Positions 50,481 through 63,980 of a DNA stretch of 64,000 nucleotides are shown here, piece by piece; the stretch's first letter is position 1; every line of letters begins with the position of its first letter. The stretch is from Microbotryum violaceum (lineage: Eukaryota): positions 124,001-188,000 of the forward strand of contig CDLV01000014.1 in assembly GCA_001244265.2 (NCBI GenBank). The letters are read 5' to 3'. Made by a program: the position numbers and the translations under genes. The notes under the pieces are model-generated. The model was not told the DNA's origin and did no database searches. It saw only the letters and a program-made list of their open reading frames with translations.

Positions 50481-51555
50481 AGTCTACTAGAAGTTGGGGG
50501 TAATCCCGAATGAGACGTACTGAGGAAGCTCACAAGCGTCTCGGCGACAGGCCATCTTCCGGGCCATGCGGCGTCGTGGAGGAAGTTGTCTAGAATCTCG
50601 GGGTCTGATTCGAGGTAATACAATACGTTAGAACGCTCAATTTACTGTTGCAATGATACCGTGAATACTACTGACCTGAATCGAGGTGGTTCAATACGTT
50701 AGAACGCTCAAATCAGAAGGAAGCTAAGAGAAAGCCTGCGCGCGCTCGCGCTCATGTAGCCTGCAGAGTGTACTCCTCAAGACCTCAAGTGTCAACGTGT
50801 CAACTCAACACACGCCGCATCCCGAAACGATGCAGTCGGCACCAGCTCGGTCGGCGTCTCGGAGCTCGAGCTCCTGCCAGCGTTTCCGACCCGCTCTCAC
50901 GTGCTTGCTTTCGTCTAGAATTGAGACTGGCTCGGCAGACTCCTAGAGCCCTCTTGAATGTTCATGGGTCTGATAACTCCCCCAAGCTCATCGGCGCCTC
51001 AATCTATGAGGCATGCCCTTGAAAAATCAAGGAAGTAAACAGTCATGCGAAAGGTTTCAACTATAGCTACCCGAGTAGGTTGCGAGTTGCTTTGCTCCGG
51101 CTTCTTGTCATTTTCGGGACGGGAAGACAGGACCCTGTCTCTATCGGCCGCCGACTCGGCTCGACGGCAACTCACCAATTTTACTCAGACTCTGGTTCAA
51201 ACAGGAGAAAGATCACTGACTAAAGAGTGGACGGGATGTGACATTCCGCATGTCTTGTCCAGCAGAAGTCACTGGAGATTTGCCGTCTCTCTCCGCGAAC
51301 TCAGGGGCAATGACAGTCAGCGAGATGGGCAATCATCGATCATCTGCTCGAGGCGGAGACGCAGTGGGCTTGCATGACCAATGCTGATATAGGGGGCATA
51401 AATTAATAGATACAAGTTACATGTTGAGAGGCAAACAGTCACTTTGTTAAAAACAGGATTTTGTCGATTGCCAAGCACAGAGGGAGGGTTTTCTCGGAGG
51501 GTTTTAAAGCGATCGTGGGAAGGCGGCGTAGAAGAAAGAATATAGGCGGATGCGA

Positions 51556-52786
51556 TTAGAGCTGGATCATGGGCGACTGGGGGCCGATGAAGACCTGTTG
51601 GCAGTTCGCCTTGTTGGCCTTGGCGAACGAGCTCTGGGCGAGCAGGGTGCAGTTGCCCTTGACCAAGACAACCGCGGTAGGGTCGTTGGTCGCGACGAGG
51701 TTCATGTCGAGCGCTGCGTTTTGACCAGTGCAGGTGGCGGGGTCGAAGGATTCTCCGATGAAGAAGATAACTGGGGTTGAGCGGGAAATGCAATAGAAGT
51801 ATAGGTAAGATAAAGCTGAAAACCGAGTAAGAAACGACACAGTGCGGACTCACCCTTGGCCTTGGTGTAGGCACGGGCGCAGTTCTGGGCATCACCGTCC
51901 GCGGGCGTGTAAGGCTTGAAGGGCTGGTTGCTGGGCGCAAAGGTCTTGATCAAGCCGTAGCCCGTGTATTGTCCGTAAGGGGTACCGTACACGCAAGTGT
52001 TGTTGAAGAGGAGAGTGTAGTCGGTGTTGCAGCTGAGAGTCGTGGTGCTGGTGCACGTCAGAGCGTTGGGGTCGTTGCAAGGCAGGCACTGTTTGCCTGA
52101 AGGCAGAAAAGCGAACCAAGGGGGATTACAAGACAAATCAGGTCGTGTAGTTACAGAGGAAATATGTCGAGGCAATTTTGTACGCGCAGCAGGAAGGGCT
52201 CTTACCATCGGCACTGAGGTAGGTTGCAGGGCTTTAGCTGCAGTCGACGGCGGCGCACCTGCCAAAAAGGAGGTGAGGTTCAGCCACAGCATTTTCTTTG
52301 CCCATTTTTTGGGACAGCCCAAGCTCAAAGAGGAGCTTTAATGACTGTACACTCACAGTCGCTTGGAGTTGACCTCGCCATAGGAGCACGTCAAAGGCGC
52401 TGAACGACTGCAAGTCGTGGCGTTCGTGTAGAGCGAAACGCAGGACACGCAGGCGTTGTCTGCGAAGAGGAAGGCGATCAAGATGAGGCGAATGTCAACA
52501 CACGAATTCATCGAAGCTCGATATGGGCACCAGCTGACGAGCAGCAGTAGGGGCGAGGTTCGACGACGAGGCAACGAAGGCAACACGTCGAAATGGGAGG
52601 CCTCCCGGCAGGGGTTGAGGTCGTCGAGGAAGTGCCAGACTCACTCTTGGCAATCTCGTTGGTGTGGCAAGAGATGAGTTTTTCGAGCTCATGGACAGCC
52701 TTGTCGGACAAGGGAGCAGCAATCGAGAGGGTCGATTGGAGGACGAGCAAAGTCGCGGCGACGACACCGGAGCGGGCGAAAAACAT
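51556..52786 (-). pseudogene. Cys-rich secreted family copy 3: full-length structure but with an in-frame stop in exon 3
   Basis: Five exons; exons 1-3 are 142, 103 and 53 nt as in copy 1. It starts MFFARSGVVAATLLVLQSTLSIAAPLSDKAVHELEKLISC, and exon 3 reads CAAVDCS*SPATYLSADG with TAA at 52236-52234. Confidence 0.85.
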
Positions 52787-54591
52787 TTTGATCGACTGAT
52801 CGAGGGGATGTGGGGTGCAAAGGGGTCGGTGTGGATGTGGGGCCTGGGTACGGGTGGGTGAACAAAAAGGATGGAGAAGGGATGAGGAGGAGGGAAAGAG
52901 GAGGTTGTACACAAGCCCACCTTTTCTCTGATACCCTCTCGCGGTGAAAGATAGTTTGACACGATGTGCATCAAGGGACCCAAAAAGACGGGCGAACAAA
53001 TGTCTCAGGTGGGCTCGGAGCTGGGGACTCGGGAGGCAAACTAAAGGCCGCCAAAATCCAGCGCGTCCGGCGCCTCTGAGCGAGGCGGGACTCGCGAACC
53101 GCCACGACCTGGCAGGCCCCGCAGACCCCGATAGGCGTGCCCATCCCCCGATCGCAAATGGGCACTCTGCTGACAATAGCGCGATCGGCGCGACTGCGAG
53201 CCGGAGTGGCGCGCTTCCAGTTCCAGGTCCTGAGCCCTCTCGGCCTGACCCTTGACTCACCGCGGATCTAAATCTACATAAAAGATTGTAAAAGGCTCAA
53301 ATGTTTCGACACGAGTCAGAGGAGAAGGTACCTATATTCCAGTGCTTCCGCTTCCCCACCGAATATGTCCTTGCAATGGCCATGACTTCGCGCTCTTAGC
53401 ACCAGAGTCGGAAACTCGCGCGTAAGTGTGCCAAGTGCTTTTAGAGCTCGGAAGCCCTCCGATCAGAGGCTCACGATCTTCGTCACGTGTAAAGGTGTAT
53501 GCGGCAAAGGGCCGATGGGTATCTGAGTAAGTGAAGCTCCTCCGTTTGGTGTTAACTCTTCACTCTAGCTGCGCGGTGACAAGTCACAAGATCCGCGGGC
53601 GGGTAACTTGAACTCGGCGCAGTCAGGACCCCGAGGAGTCACCGCCGGTCATCGGCCCGGTGACTGAAGAGGGTGTCCTGGTCACGCCTATTCAGACTCA
53701 ACAGTGATTTTGTTCGGCACCGTGGAATACAAAAAGAATCAGACTGTCAGAATTCTTGGAATGTTTACTACGTTCGGGGAGCCTTGTACTTATGTGCCTT
53801 GGTCAGCTGTGCCAGTGCAAACGGGTCAATCGGGCACCCTCGGGCACCGAGGGCAAACCGAAGTCACGTGCCGTGTGCTCGTGCGGACTCATGGGCTGCC
53901 CCGGCACGAGAACGCAACGTTCCACACGGTCGACTGGGAGCGTGTCCTTTGAAAGTATGATGATGCTGGATCAGCCGAGTACTAGAGCGGAATAAAATCG
54001 GCCGCTCATGTTGTCGCTTGTGGGTCGTCGACATGTCTCGCCTGTTCCGCTCCTCATCGTTGGTCGATCCGACTGGGTCATACACCGGTGTCGAAGGACT
54101 CGATTAATGGACCAAATGAGTCTATTTTCGTCCTTTGCCTGGTTTGATACGCTGAGGAGCCTGAGCTTCCCTATTTTGAATGGGATGTGGAAGTCGTGGA
54201 TGATTCACATCAACAGCATGATTTGCTCGAGGCTGGACTATGGATCCGAAGTTCCTTTGAAGAGTCCGGACCTGCGCTGAATAACAATCTTGTAGAGGAC
54301 GGACAACTAAGGAAGGTATTACATCAAAGGCTTGTCTAGGATACAAGAGGATATGCCATACCATCTCGATCCAGATCATTGTGCATGATTTTTGATGCTC
54401 GTTATCGTAGCTCACGATTCACGATTGGCCCAATGGGATTGCCGCTCGGCTCAGGGGGCTCAGGGGGTCCGAGCTCTTTGGGGCCTTCGCAGCTGTTTGT
54501 GGGCGTGACGGTGATCTGTTCGGCGTCGACTCGGCTCTCGGCGCTCAGCTGCTGACTCTTATCTCAGTGCGTTTGTGCCCGGTATTCAACC

Positions 54592-57533
54592 ATGCCAGAG
54601 AGTGAGTCTGCCAGCCTGCCTACTTGTAGTGCATGCCCCTCTCCCCTCCCCTCTCCTTCGGCTGGGCGTCGCTTCGGAGCTTCGCAGGCTGACTGACACT
54701 GACAATGACACTGCAACTGACCTGACGCCGCTTGCCTTTGGCCTTACCCCGTCTTCGCACCGCATGGGTGTGTCACCACATCAAACAAAACAGAGCACCA
54801 CCACCGAGCTTCACTCAAGCAGTCCAACAAGTCTTTTAAGTCCAAGCACTCGACCAAGTCGGCGCTCAAGGACGCCGCCAAGGGCCGAACCCATCGCCCT
54901 TCGAGCTCGTCGTCGTCGCACAAGACGGGCAAGACCAACGCCAACCTGTCAGCGTCGCAGCACAAGCTCAATCGGAGGAACCATGCCAAGCAGATGCAGG
55001 ACAAGAAGCGTCACGCCCTCGATGCGACCGCGCAGCTCTTCTTAGGACCCGACAGGGCTCAGAGGATCGTCGCGGTCGTGCCCATGTCCGAGGACGTCGA
55101 TCCGTTGGCCATAGTCGAACTCTTGGCTACCACCATCAACGTCGAGGTCCATGGTCAGGATGGGTACCGTACCTTGGATGTGGTCAAGTTCCACAATCAA
55201 GCCCTCCGCTTCCTCTTGCTCCCCGTGGCCTCGGAGGCGAGCTCCCTCTTCCCCATCCTCGACGGCTGCTCCGCCGCTGATTTCGTCATTCTCGGTCTAT
55301 CCTCCTCGATCGAAGTCAACGAGCAGGGTGAAACCATGTTGCGATGCCTCACCGCCACTGGCGTCGCCTCCGTTCTAGGCGTGACCCCCGATCTGCCTAA
55401 GGAATCACAGCTTATGACCTCAACAACGAGGACCAGTCTGACCTCGTTCCTCAATCATTTCTTCCCGACTATCGAAAAGGTCGCCGATCTTTCGTCCCCT
55501 TCGGAAGCGACGACGATCGTCCGAGGCTTGTGTGAAAAGGTACCCAAGGGGGTCAAATGGAGAGAGGCACGGCCGAGAATTCTCGCCGAGTCGGTCCAAT
55601 TCGAGAAGGGCAGTTCAGGGTTAAATGGTGATGCCGAGATGGGTGGGATCGAAGCCGACGAAGATGTAGGGACATTGGTCGTTGAAGGTACAGTCAGAGG
55701 AGCGAGGTTGGATGCGAACCGATTGGTTCACTTGCAAGGCTTTGGGGATTTCCAAGTTGAAAAGGTGCGGAACGGAAGTACGGCTCTCGCAAGTCGACAG
55801 GAATGCTAATCGTCTCTTTGCGTCTCCTGCATCGCAGATCCTGGCAGCACCTTCGACCCGCCGGTCACGCAAGTCGAATGCCGGCGACTCGATGGACCTA
55901 TCGGGAGCTGGCCCATCCGAGTTGTCGGTCCCACAGGACGATGATGCCGATTCTCTTATCTCGACCAACGTTCCCGATGACGAAGAGCTAGGTCTGGCCG
56001 AGCAAACCTGGCCGACCGAGGAGGAATTGGCTTCTGCGCCTGCTGCGATCCACTCGACCTCATCGAGGGTCGGCGAGAGTGACATGCTTCCGCCGGCGCA
56101 AAAAGGGACTACCCCGCGATTGAGAAAAGTACCCAAGGGTACGAGTGCTTACCAGGCTGCTTGGATCATCGAGGAATCTGACGAGGAGGATGAGGGCGCC
56201 ATGCAAGATGACGATGACGAGATTGGAGAGGAACAGGAGATTATCGATATGAATGAACCCGAGGGGCAAGACGAGGACGAGGGGAACCTTGATTTCGTCG
56301 ACAATTCCGAATTGGACGATACGGCCAGTCAGTCGGTCGCGCCGTACGCCGATCTTTCACCAGAACAGGAAGAGGCGCAGTTGGCACAATATCTCGCCAA
56401 TCGAACGCAGGAGAGGGCTTCGCAGAACAAGGACGACATGGACTTCCCTGACGAGATGGATACGCCCTTGCATATTGCTGCGAGGGAGAGGTTCGCACGA
56501 TACAGGGGACTTAAGAGTTTCAGGACGAGCAAATGGGATCCCTACGAGGAGTTGCCGGTCGAGTACTCGAGATGTTTCATGTTTGAGGACTTCAAGAGGA
56601 TCGCTAAGAAGATGGAGATGAAGGCCCAGCTTGACGGTGTAGAGGTAGGTGTTCTCGCTCGTCATGGAGTCTTTTCAGGGGTACTAACAGTCTACCTTTT
56701 GCACACAGGCCGGTACAAGAGTCATTCTGCGGATCAAGAACGTACCTCGTGCCGTGTTTGAATCGTACTCTGCTCTGCGGCCTTTCGTCGTGTACGGCCT
56801 GCTCAAGCACGAGCACAAGTACTCGGTCATGCACTTTACGGTCCAGCGCAACACAGAGTACCTCAAACCAGTGCGATCTAAGGACTCGCTCGTGCTGCAA
56901 CTCGGGCCACGACGGTTCGTCATCAACCCCATCTTTTCGGCGCACACGTTGAGCAATGGGGGCAAAGGGACCAACAACGTGCACAAATTCGAGAGATTCT
57001 TGAGGCATGGGATCGACAGTCACATCGCTACGGCCTACTTGCCCATCACCTTTGGCAATGTTCCGGCGCTACTGCTCCGAGCGCCTTCGCAGACCTCGCC
57101 GGGGAGCGACGAGCTGTCGTCGAACACACACCTGATTGGCACAGGATCGCTCTTGTCCGCGGATCCCACCCGGATCACGGCCAAGCGGATCATTCTGACG
57201 GGCCACCCTTTCAAGGTGCATAAGAAGACGGCAACGATCCGATACCTCTTCTTCAACCGTACCGACGTCGAGTACTTTAAGCCGATCCAGTTGCGCACCA
57301 AGGGCGGACGGACGGGTTATATTCGTGAACCTCTGGGCACGCATGGATATTTCAAGGCGAGTCTAGAGACCTTAAGATTCTCCTTTCGATTCCAGGCAGC
57401 TGATGATGTGGCTTGACTCTTCTCGCAGGCTGGCTTTGATGGCCCGATCGACCAGATGGACCAAATTTGCTTGACGCTCTACAAGCGCTGCTACCCCAAG
57501 TGGACAACACAGTACTACAAGGCGATCGAGTAA
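54592..57533 (+). CDS. TSR1: Pre-rRNA-processing / 40S biogenesis protein Tsr1 (BMS1/TSR1 family)
   Basis: HHHRASLKQSNKSFKSKH, NRLVHLQGFGDFQV, VPKGTSAYQAAWI, FPDEMDTP...ARERFARYRGLKSFRTSKWDPYE, KRIILTGHPFKVHKK, EPLGTHGYFK. Confidence 0.97.
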
Positions 57534-57785
57534 AAACTTCTTTTTGTGGTAGTTCTCTTTCCCTGTCATCACCATTATTCTTTTGCCATGTTTCGTTGGG
57601 TTGAATCCTCCCCCACTTTGAGAGTGCAAAGGTCCGAGCTCAACGGCGTCGGCTTCCTCGCTGCAGAATAAAGTCGCCGCCCGTAGCCGCCCGTCTCCGC
57701 CTGTCGGCGTGCTAGCGGAGCTACGTGACGTTACCCGGGCTCTCAGTTCTGCGCAATTTTTTACGATCCATCCCAGGCACCCAGC

Positions 57786-60700
57786 ATGGACTATCTAGAC
57801 AGGTGAGCTCGTCAAGCCACTGCTCTCCATCACTGCCCCAGTCACACTGAACATGCTTTCCCATCTGGGTCGCACTCAGCAACCTGCACTCGGCGATTCT
57901 GTCGTCACTGGCGGCGAACCTGGCCTCGTCCTCGACGCACGACGACGTACACCTCCTAACCGAGTCCTTTGCGGGGATTCAACCCGTCACCAACGGCGTT
58001 ATCGGCGGGGTACTGAACCGCATCAACGGCGACAGTCACACCGCCTCGGGTGGTGCGCATACCTTGATTGTCAGTACCCGCTTCCTGTTTGAGCTGCACC
58101 CCGTCATCTGTCGTGCGCAGTGTAACCGCATCAATCAACTAACCATCCTCCTTTCCTCTGCACGCTAGACCCTTTCCCAAGTTGATGGCATCATTGCGTT
58201 CTGCGACTATGCAGCCAAAGCACCCGCCAAGTCAGACAACCTCAATCGGTTGCTCGTGCTGCTCCAAGGCGCTCCCAACTGGCAACTCGAAGCCGCCGTC
58301 GGGGTTCAAGGTCTGCCAGCATCCGCCCGAGCAGAAAGACGTTCAACGAAGTTGACAACCGTCGGCACCTCTCTCTTGCACAGTCGCCCAAGACTATGCC
58401 CCCGGAGATCGACTCGCGTACAGCCTCGTTTCGGCCGCGCTAATCGTCGCCGGCGCCAGTCCCAACGAGCGCACCGCCGCTCTCGGCGTTCTCTCGCAAT
58501 TTCACAAAGCCCTCTTGGCTGCAATCGAAACCTCAGAGGGTGTGTTTGTAACGTATATGGCGCTTTATGAATGGCGTACACGAGTGCTCATATTTTCAAT
58601 AAAACACTGCAGGTCACCGCATCATCGGGTATCTCTTGCCAGCGCTCAACGGAGCTCGTCGAGCTGTGGGCAACTCACCCTTCCCCTGGACCGTCCACGA
58701 CGAGTTGCCGCTGACGCCCGAACCATCGCGCGATTTGGTCGAGTCCGTCGTCGCCGCCATCGCGTACGAATGGGATCCTTCGACGGAAGGGGGGCGTGTG
58801 GCGCTCGCGACCCTGAAGCAGTACGACAGCTCGATGAGGGGCCTCTCCCCTGGACTGATTGCTCTCGTCCAGATCGAGTTCGAGCTCGCCTACTGGACCA
58901 GCGCGATCGTACCCGCTGTCAAGTCTGGTGGCGGGTGGCGAGCTCTCCTTGAAGGTGATCCTGCTTCGATCACCGCGGGAGGACAAGCGGCGTACGCCTC
59001 GGCGACGAGGGCTCATGGCACGTTTGAGAACACGTACACCATGCTCGAGAGGATGGATGGAGAGTACCCTCCCGATCCGTACGCCTTTGACGTCCTGCTG
59101 TCGAGTCTCAAACTCGCTGTCGTTGCCACGATCGCGACCGGTTCGCCGACGCAGATCTTGGCCAAGCTCTTCGACGACCTTTTGACCCACCCCGCGACCG
59201 TTGTGGATGAGCCTTTGCAGACGGGTGCTGTCGAGAGTCTGCAGGTCTTTGCCCGTGCGTTCCCTTCGACCTTACCCACGGCGCTTAACACGATCCGAAA
59301 CTTCATCAGTTCACCGTCACCCGTGCTTGAGCAAAGTGGCGTATTAGCTCCCTCGTCGACGATGATCGCCGCCTCGGCATGCTACGCGTCGCTCATTAAC
59401 TTGTCCACGAACCCCGCCTTGCGCGAGTCAGCGATTCAGTCGCTCCTCAACCACTTTGTCGTACCCGAACGCGAGCCTTTGGTTCGACAGGGTGACGTCG
59501 TTGCCAATGATGCCAAGTCGATCCGATCACTCCAGGAGGCCATGTCGGATCCGATCAAGGTCAGCGTGTCGTCGAACGTGGTCCACGCCGTCGCTCGTCT
59601 CGCTCTCACCTTCAAGGACGAGCAGATCACCACGCTGGTCACATCGATTCTCTTGCAACGACTTGTCGGCACGAGCCCGGTCGTCGACGGTGCGATCCTG
59701 TTTGAGCTCAGCGAACTCGCAACCATCGTCAATGCCGACACCTTCGCCGACATCCTCGCCGGCATCAGTCGAGTCAGCAAGCATGCCAAGCAGGACGAGG
59801 CGATGTCGCAGACGCTGCTGAATGCGCAGACGAGACTCGCGATCGCGGCGTCCTCGCGCCAAAAGTTCCACGTCAAATACCTTTCGGAGACACTCGCTCT
59901 CTTTGTTGAGGAAGGTGGCGCTGGTGACCGCAAGACCACCGCGTCAGAACGAGCGGCCGGTCTGCTCAACCTTGTGCCCATTCTCGACGCCTTCCTTACT
60001 GGAGCCAAGTTCGATTCTCGCCAAGATGTCGACGGATCACTCGTGTCCTTGTTTCGCAGTGCGTGGTACCTCATCGTCTTGTCGGGCTTTGTGTCGACGC
60101 CTTCGCGCATCGCCGACTGGCAGCGAGCGGCGCTCGTTCGCATCGCCCAGAGAACGCCCGGTCTCCTTCGCGGTATCAAGGACGACTTCGTCGCCACCGA
60201 GCTCGACTTCAATCCCATCTTACGCAATAAGGAGCACGTCCTTTCACCGGATGCGGCCCGTCAAGAGCTTGCCGCGATCTTGCCGTCGGCTGCTTCGTTC
60301 GCTCGATCGCTCCCAGCGCCCCAAGTCGTCTTCTTGTTGACTGTGGTGCGCCTCGAGTCCCTGCGAGCCGAAGCGGGCCAACCGTCGATCGTACTCTCCT
60401 ACTTCCATGTCCAGGGCATCAACGAGAACCCTCAGCTGTACGCATTGATGACCTCGATCGCTGAGCACGTCAACAACACGTTCGTCTCGCGCTTGAGTCA
60501 ACTCGTCACCGGTCACACCATGGACCCGGCCGTCTACCACGAAGTAAGGGAGATCCTATTGCAATGCTGCCACACACTCGGCAAGGTCCGAACGACCGCG
60601 ATCCGCTATCTCAACGACCTCTTCACGAGCTTCCCGTCGTTGCTGTGCAGCGGCGAAGTCGTGTCGACAATGCTCGAGCTGTTGACGGTCACTCGCCGCG

Positions 60701-63700
60701 CCTGCTTGGCCGAATTCGTCGACGAATACACCCCTCTTTACAGATTCCACTCGAGCCGCGCAAACTTTGACGTTGTCCTTCCGGACGACTACTCGATCCG
60801 CAACAGCGTCTTGACCGAGTTGCATCGCTATGCGAGATCGTGGCTCAAGGCCGGTCTCACCCGCGCGCCGTCGGAGATGCGCGGCTTGCTGCAGGATTAC
60901 ATTGACGGCACTGAAGTGGCCCCTCCTACGACCTCGCTCAAAGCGTTTGCCGATGACGAGATGGGCAAGTCCGTCGCGATCGACTTGATCCGCATGCCTC
61001 CCAGCAATGCTCGTGAGGCCAGCTTGCCGGCTTGGGGCGAGTGGCGAGCCGACAATTCGTCCAACTTTGCTCGCACCTTTGGCGCCAAGAGCTTCTTCGG
61101 TGGTGAAGCTTCGAGGACGGCGGACACGTCACGTGATGCAATCCTTGACGAGCTGGAGGCCCTGGCCGAACAACTTGATCAGCACAAGATGCACGTCAAG
61201 TTGGTCGACATCCGCGCGCTACTCTACCGCAGCGGTGGGCATCTCGTCAAGGCGCAAAGCCCCGATCCCGACATTCTGCAGCAGCTCGTTCATCTCCCTG
61301 CCCGTATCTTTACCGATGTTGTGATAGAAATCGCGACCGAGGTCTGGACCTGGGTCGTGGACGCTCGACCTGAACTCGAGCCTCGATTGATGGTCGAGGT
61401 CGCCGAGGCCTGGCAGTCGACAATCCAGCGCCGACAAGGTCTCTTCTCATGCGAGGCGAATCGCAAAAACCCTCTCGATGTCTCAACCCAGTTCACTCCC
61501 ACCGACAAGGACTACATGACCAAGGAGTTCATCCACGCTACCCGTCTGTTGCAGCCCCACATGACGCTGCTGCAATTCCTATCGAGTCGATTCCAAGCCT
61601 TCCGATACCGCGATACCGACCTCGTCCATGCGTGCATGAGGATCCTCAAGCGCTCAACCGACGCGGCCAAATCCTGGTCGACGCATCAACTCGCACGAGA
61701 GATTCGTATGCGCATGCTCTCGTTCGGCTTTTGCGTCTTGCAAGGCAGCGAGCTCGAATCGGCCGTCGAGTATAACTTCCGCGACAGCTTGTACGAAGCG
61801 GCGATGACGTGGTTTGAACTGCCGCCTGGGTGAGTGGTCATGACCATCAAGAATTTGGTCACAACAATTGTCGTTTACCCTGCTCTTCGTTACAGATGGA
61901 CCTACGGAAGCAATCGCATCCAACTCAAGGCTGACCTGCAGGCCATGGAGGAGCTGCATTCTACGATCAAGAGCGACAAACCTGCGTATGACTACATACT
62001 TTCCGCATCTCGTAGTCGCAAGGCCAGTGGTCTGCCCTATAACTCGTCCGCCGCGACCGCCGGCTCCTTGCAAACCCGACGACAGCAACTTCTCTTGGCC
62101 CTGCTCGAAAACGAGATGGACCGCCTGAAGCTGTGGACCAACCCGCTGCTCGATCCGAAGCGAGGCGCCATCCCCACTCCCCGCTCGACCGCCTCCGATG
62201 CAAATTGGGTTCGAATGGCCAACATCGCGTGGTCGCACTGGCCCGGCGTGGCCGTGCAGCTGCCCGAACGCACCAAGCTGCCTGCCGTTGCGGCCGAGGT
62301 CACCCGCCTCGTCCGATCAAACCCGCTTCGAGCGCAGCACATTCCTGATGCGTTGCAATACTTCGTCGGGGATAAGATCAGTCCCGAGTCCGAACGCCAC
62401 CTGCGCGTGCTGCTCTTCTGGGCTCCTGTATCTGTCATCTCGGCGCTTCGATTTCTGTTCCCACTTTTCGAAGGCGATCCGATCCTCTTGCAGTACGCCC
62501 TGCGCGTCCTCGAGCACCACCCCGTCGAGATCACCTTCTTCTACATCCCCCAGGTCGTCCAAGCGTTGCGCTTCGATGAACTTGGCTACGCCGAGCGTTT
62601 CATCTTCGAGACGTCCAAGATCTCGCAGCTCTTCTGCCACCAGATTATCTGGAACATGAAAGCCAACGCTTACCGTGGAGATGACGGTGATGTTGAGGAC
62701 CCCATGAAGCCGACGCTGGATCGCATGGTCGACATGATCGTCTCCTCGCTGTCCGGTGACGCGAAGGACTTCTTCCAGCGCGAGTTCGCCTTCTTTAATG
62801 AAGTCACCTCGATCTCGGCGAAGCTCAAACCGTTCATCAAGTCTTCTAAGCACGAGAAGAAGGCAAAGATCGACGAAGAGATGGCCAAGATCAAAGTCGA
62901 CGTTGGGGTTTACCTTCCTTCGAACCCCGATGGTATCGTGGTCGATGTCGATCGCAAGTCCGGTCGACCGCTTCAATCCCACGCCAAGGCTCCTTTCATG
63001 GCGACCTTCAAGGTTCGTCGCGATCACAAGCGCAGCGTCACGGCCGATCTCGATGCCCAAGATGCGCTCATTGAGGATGGGGAATCGAGCGGTCAGGTCC
63101 AGCCCAAGTCTTTCGACACGTGGCAATCCGCAATTTTCAAGGTCGGCGACGATTGTCGTCAGGATGTGCTCGCCTTGCAAATCATCGCCATGCATAAGAA
63201 CATCTTCACCGCCCTCGGTCTAGACTTGCTGGTCACGCCTTATCGTGTCACCGCGACAGGTCCTGGGTGTGGTGTGATCGATGTCATCCCCAACGCGACC
63301 TCGCGGGATGAGATGGGTCGCGCCAAGGTCAATGACCTCAAGAGCTTCTTCGTGCTCAAATACGGTAGCCCCGACGGCATCGAGTTCCAACGCGCTCGCA
63401 ACAACTTTATCCAGTCCATGGCGGCGTATTCGCTATTGTGCTACATTGTGCAGATCAAGGATCGCCACAACGGTAACATCATGATTGACGGAAAGGGGTG
63501 CATCACTCACATTGGTCAGTCCCGTGCTGCTAATCCCTTTACAGTTGTCCTTTCTGGTGTCTAACAAGTGATATTTTGTACTTGTCAGATTTCGGATTTT
63601 TGTTCGACATTGGCCCTGGTGGCGTCAAATTTGAGCCGTCGTCTTTCAAATTGTCGCACGAGATGATGGTCCTAATGGGCGGCAAGGATTCGGTCGGGTT

Positions 63701-63980
63701 CCGCCACTTCTCGGAACTTACCGTCAAATCGTTCCTCGCGTGCCGACCTTATGCGCAGCAGATCGTCGATACGGCAAGGCTCATGCTCGCGGCTGAATTC
63801 CCGTCGTTCAAGGGTGAACCGACGATGCAACGCCTGACAGAACGATTCCGCCTCGAACTGCGCGAAGACGAGGCGGCCGAGTACATGAAGGGCGTGATTG
63901 CGAACGCGCATGAGAACCCTCGCTCGATCGTCTACGACATCTTCCAGGAGAAGACGAACGGTATTCCTTATGTTCGGTAG
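57786..63980 (+). CDS. STT4: Phosphatidylinositol 4-kinase type III-alpha
   Basis: Long helical N-terminus, TFFYIPQVVQALRFD, SQLFCHQIIWNMKAN, PLQSHAKAPFMATF, IFKVGDDCRQDVLALQ, IKDRHNGNIMID, HI|DFGFLFD and terminal NGIPY. The small 5' exons are provisional. Confidence 0.97.

Larger units (their letters stand above)
48949..50518. repeat. Long imperfect inverted repeat (arms 48949-49731 and 49764-50518, 32-bp spacer)
   Basis: TTGCTTCGTGACTGATCCAGGCGTGTGGCCCTCC, GGGAACGACCCTGGACAAGTA and GGCACCCACTGGAGTGGCGG each occur on + in the left arm and on - in the right arm, in collinear order. Confidence 0.95.
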
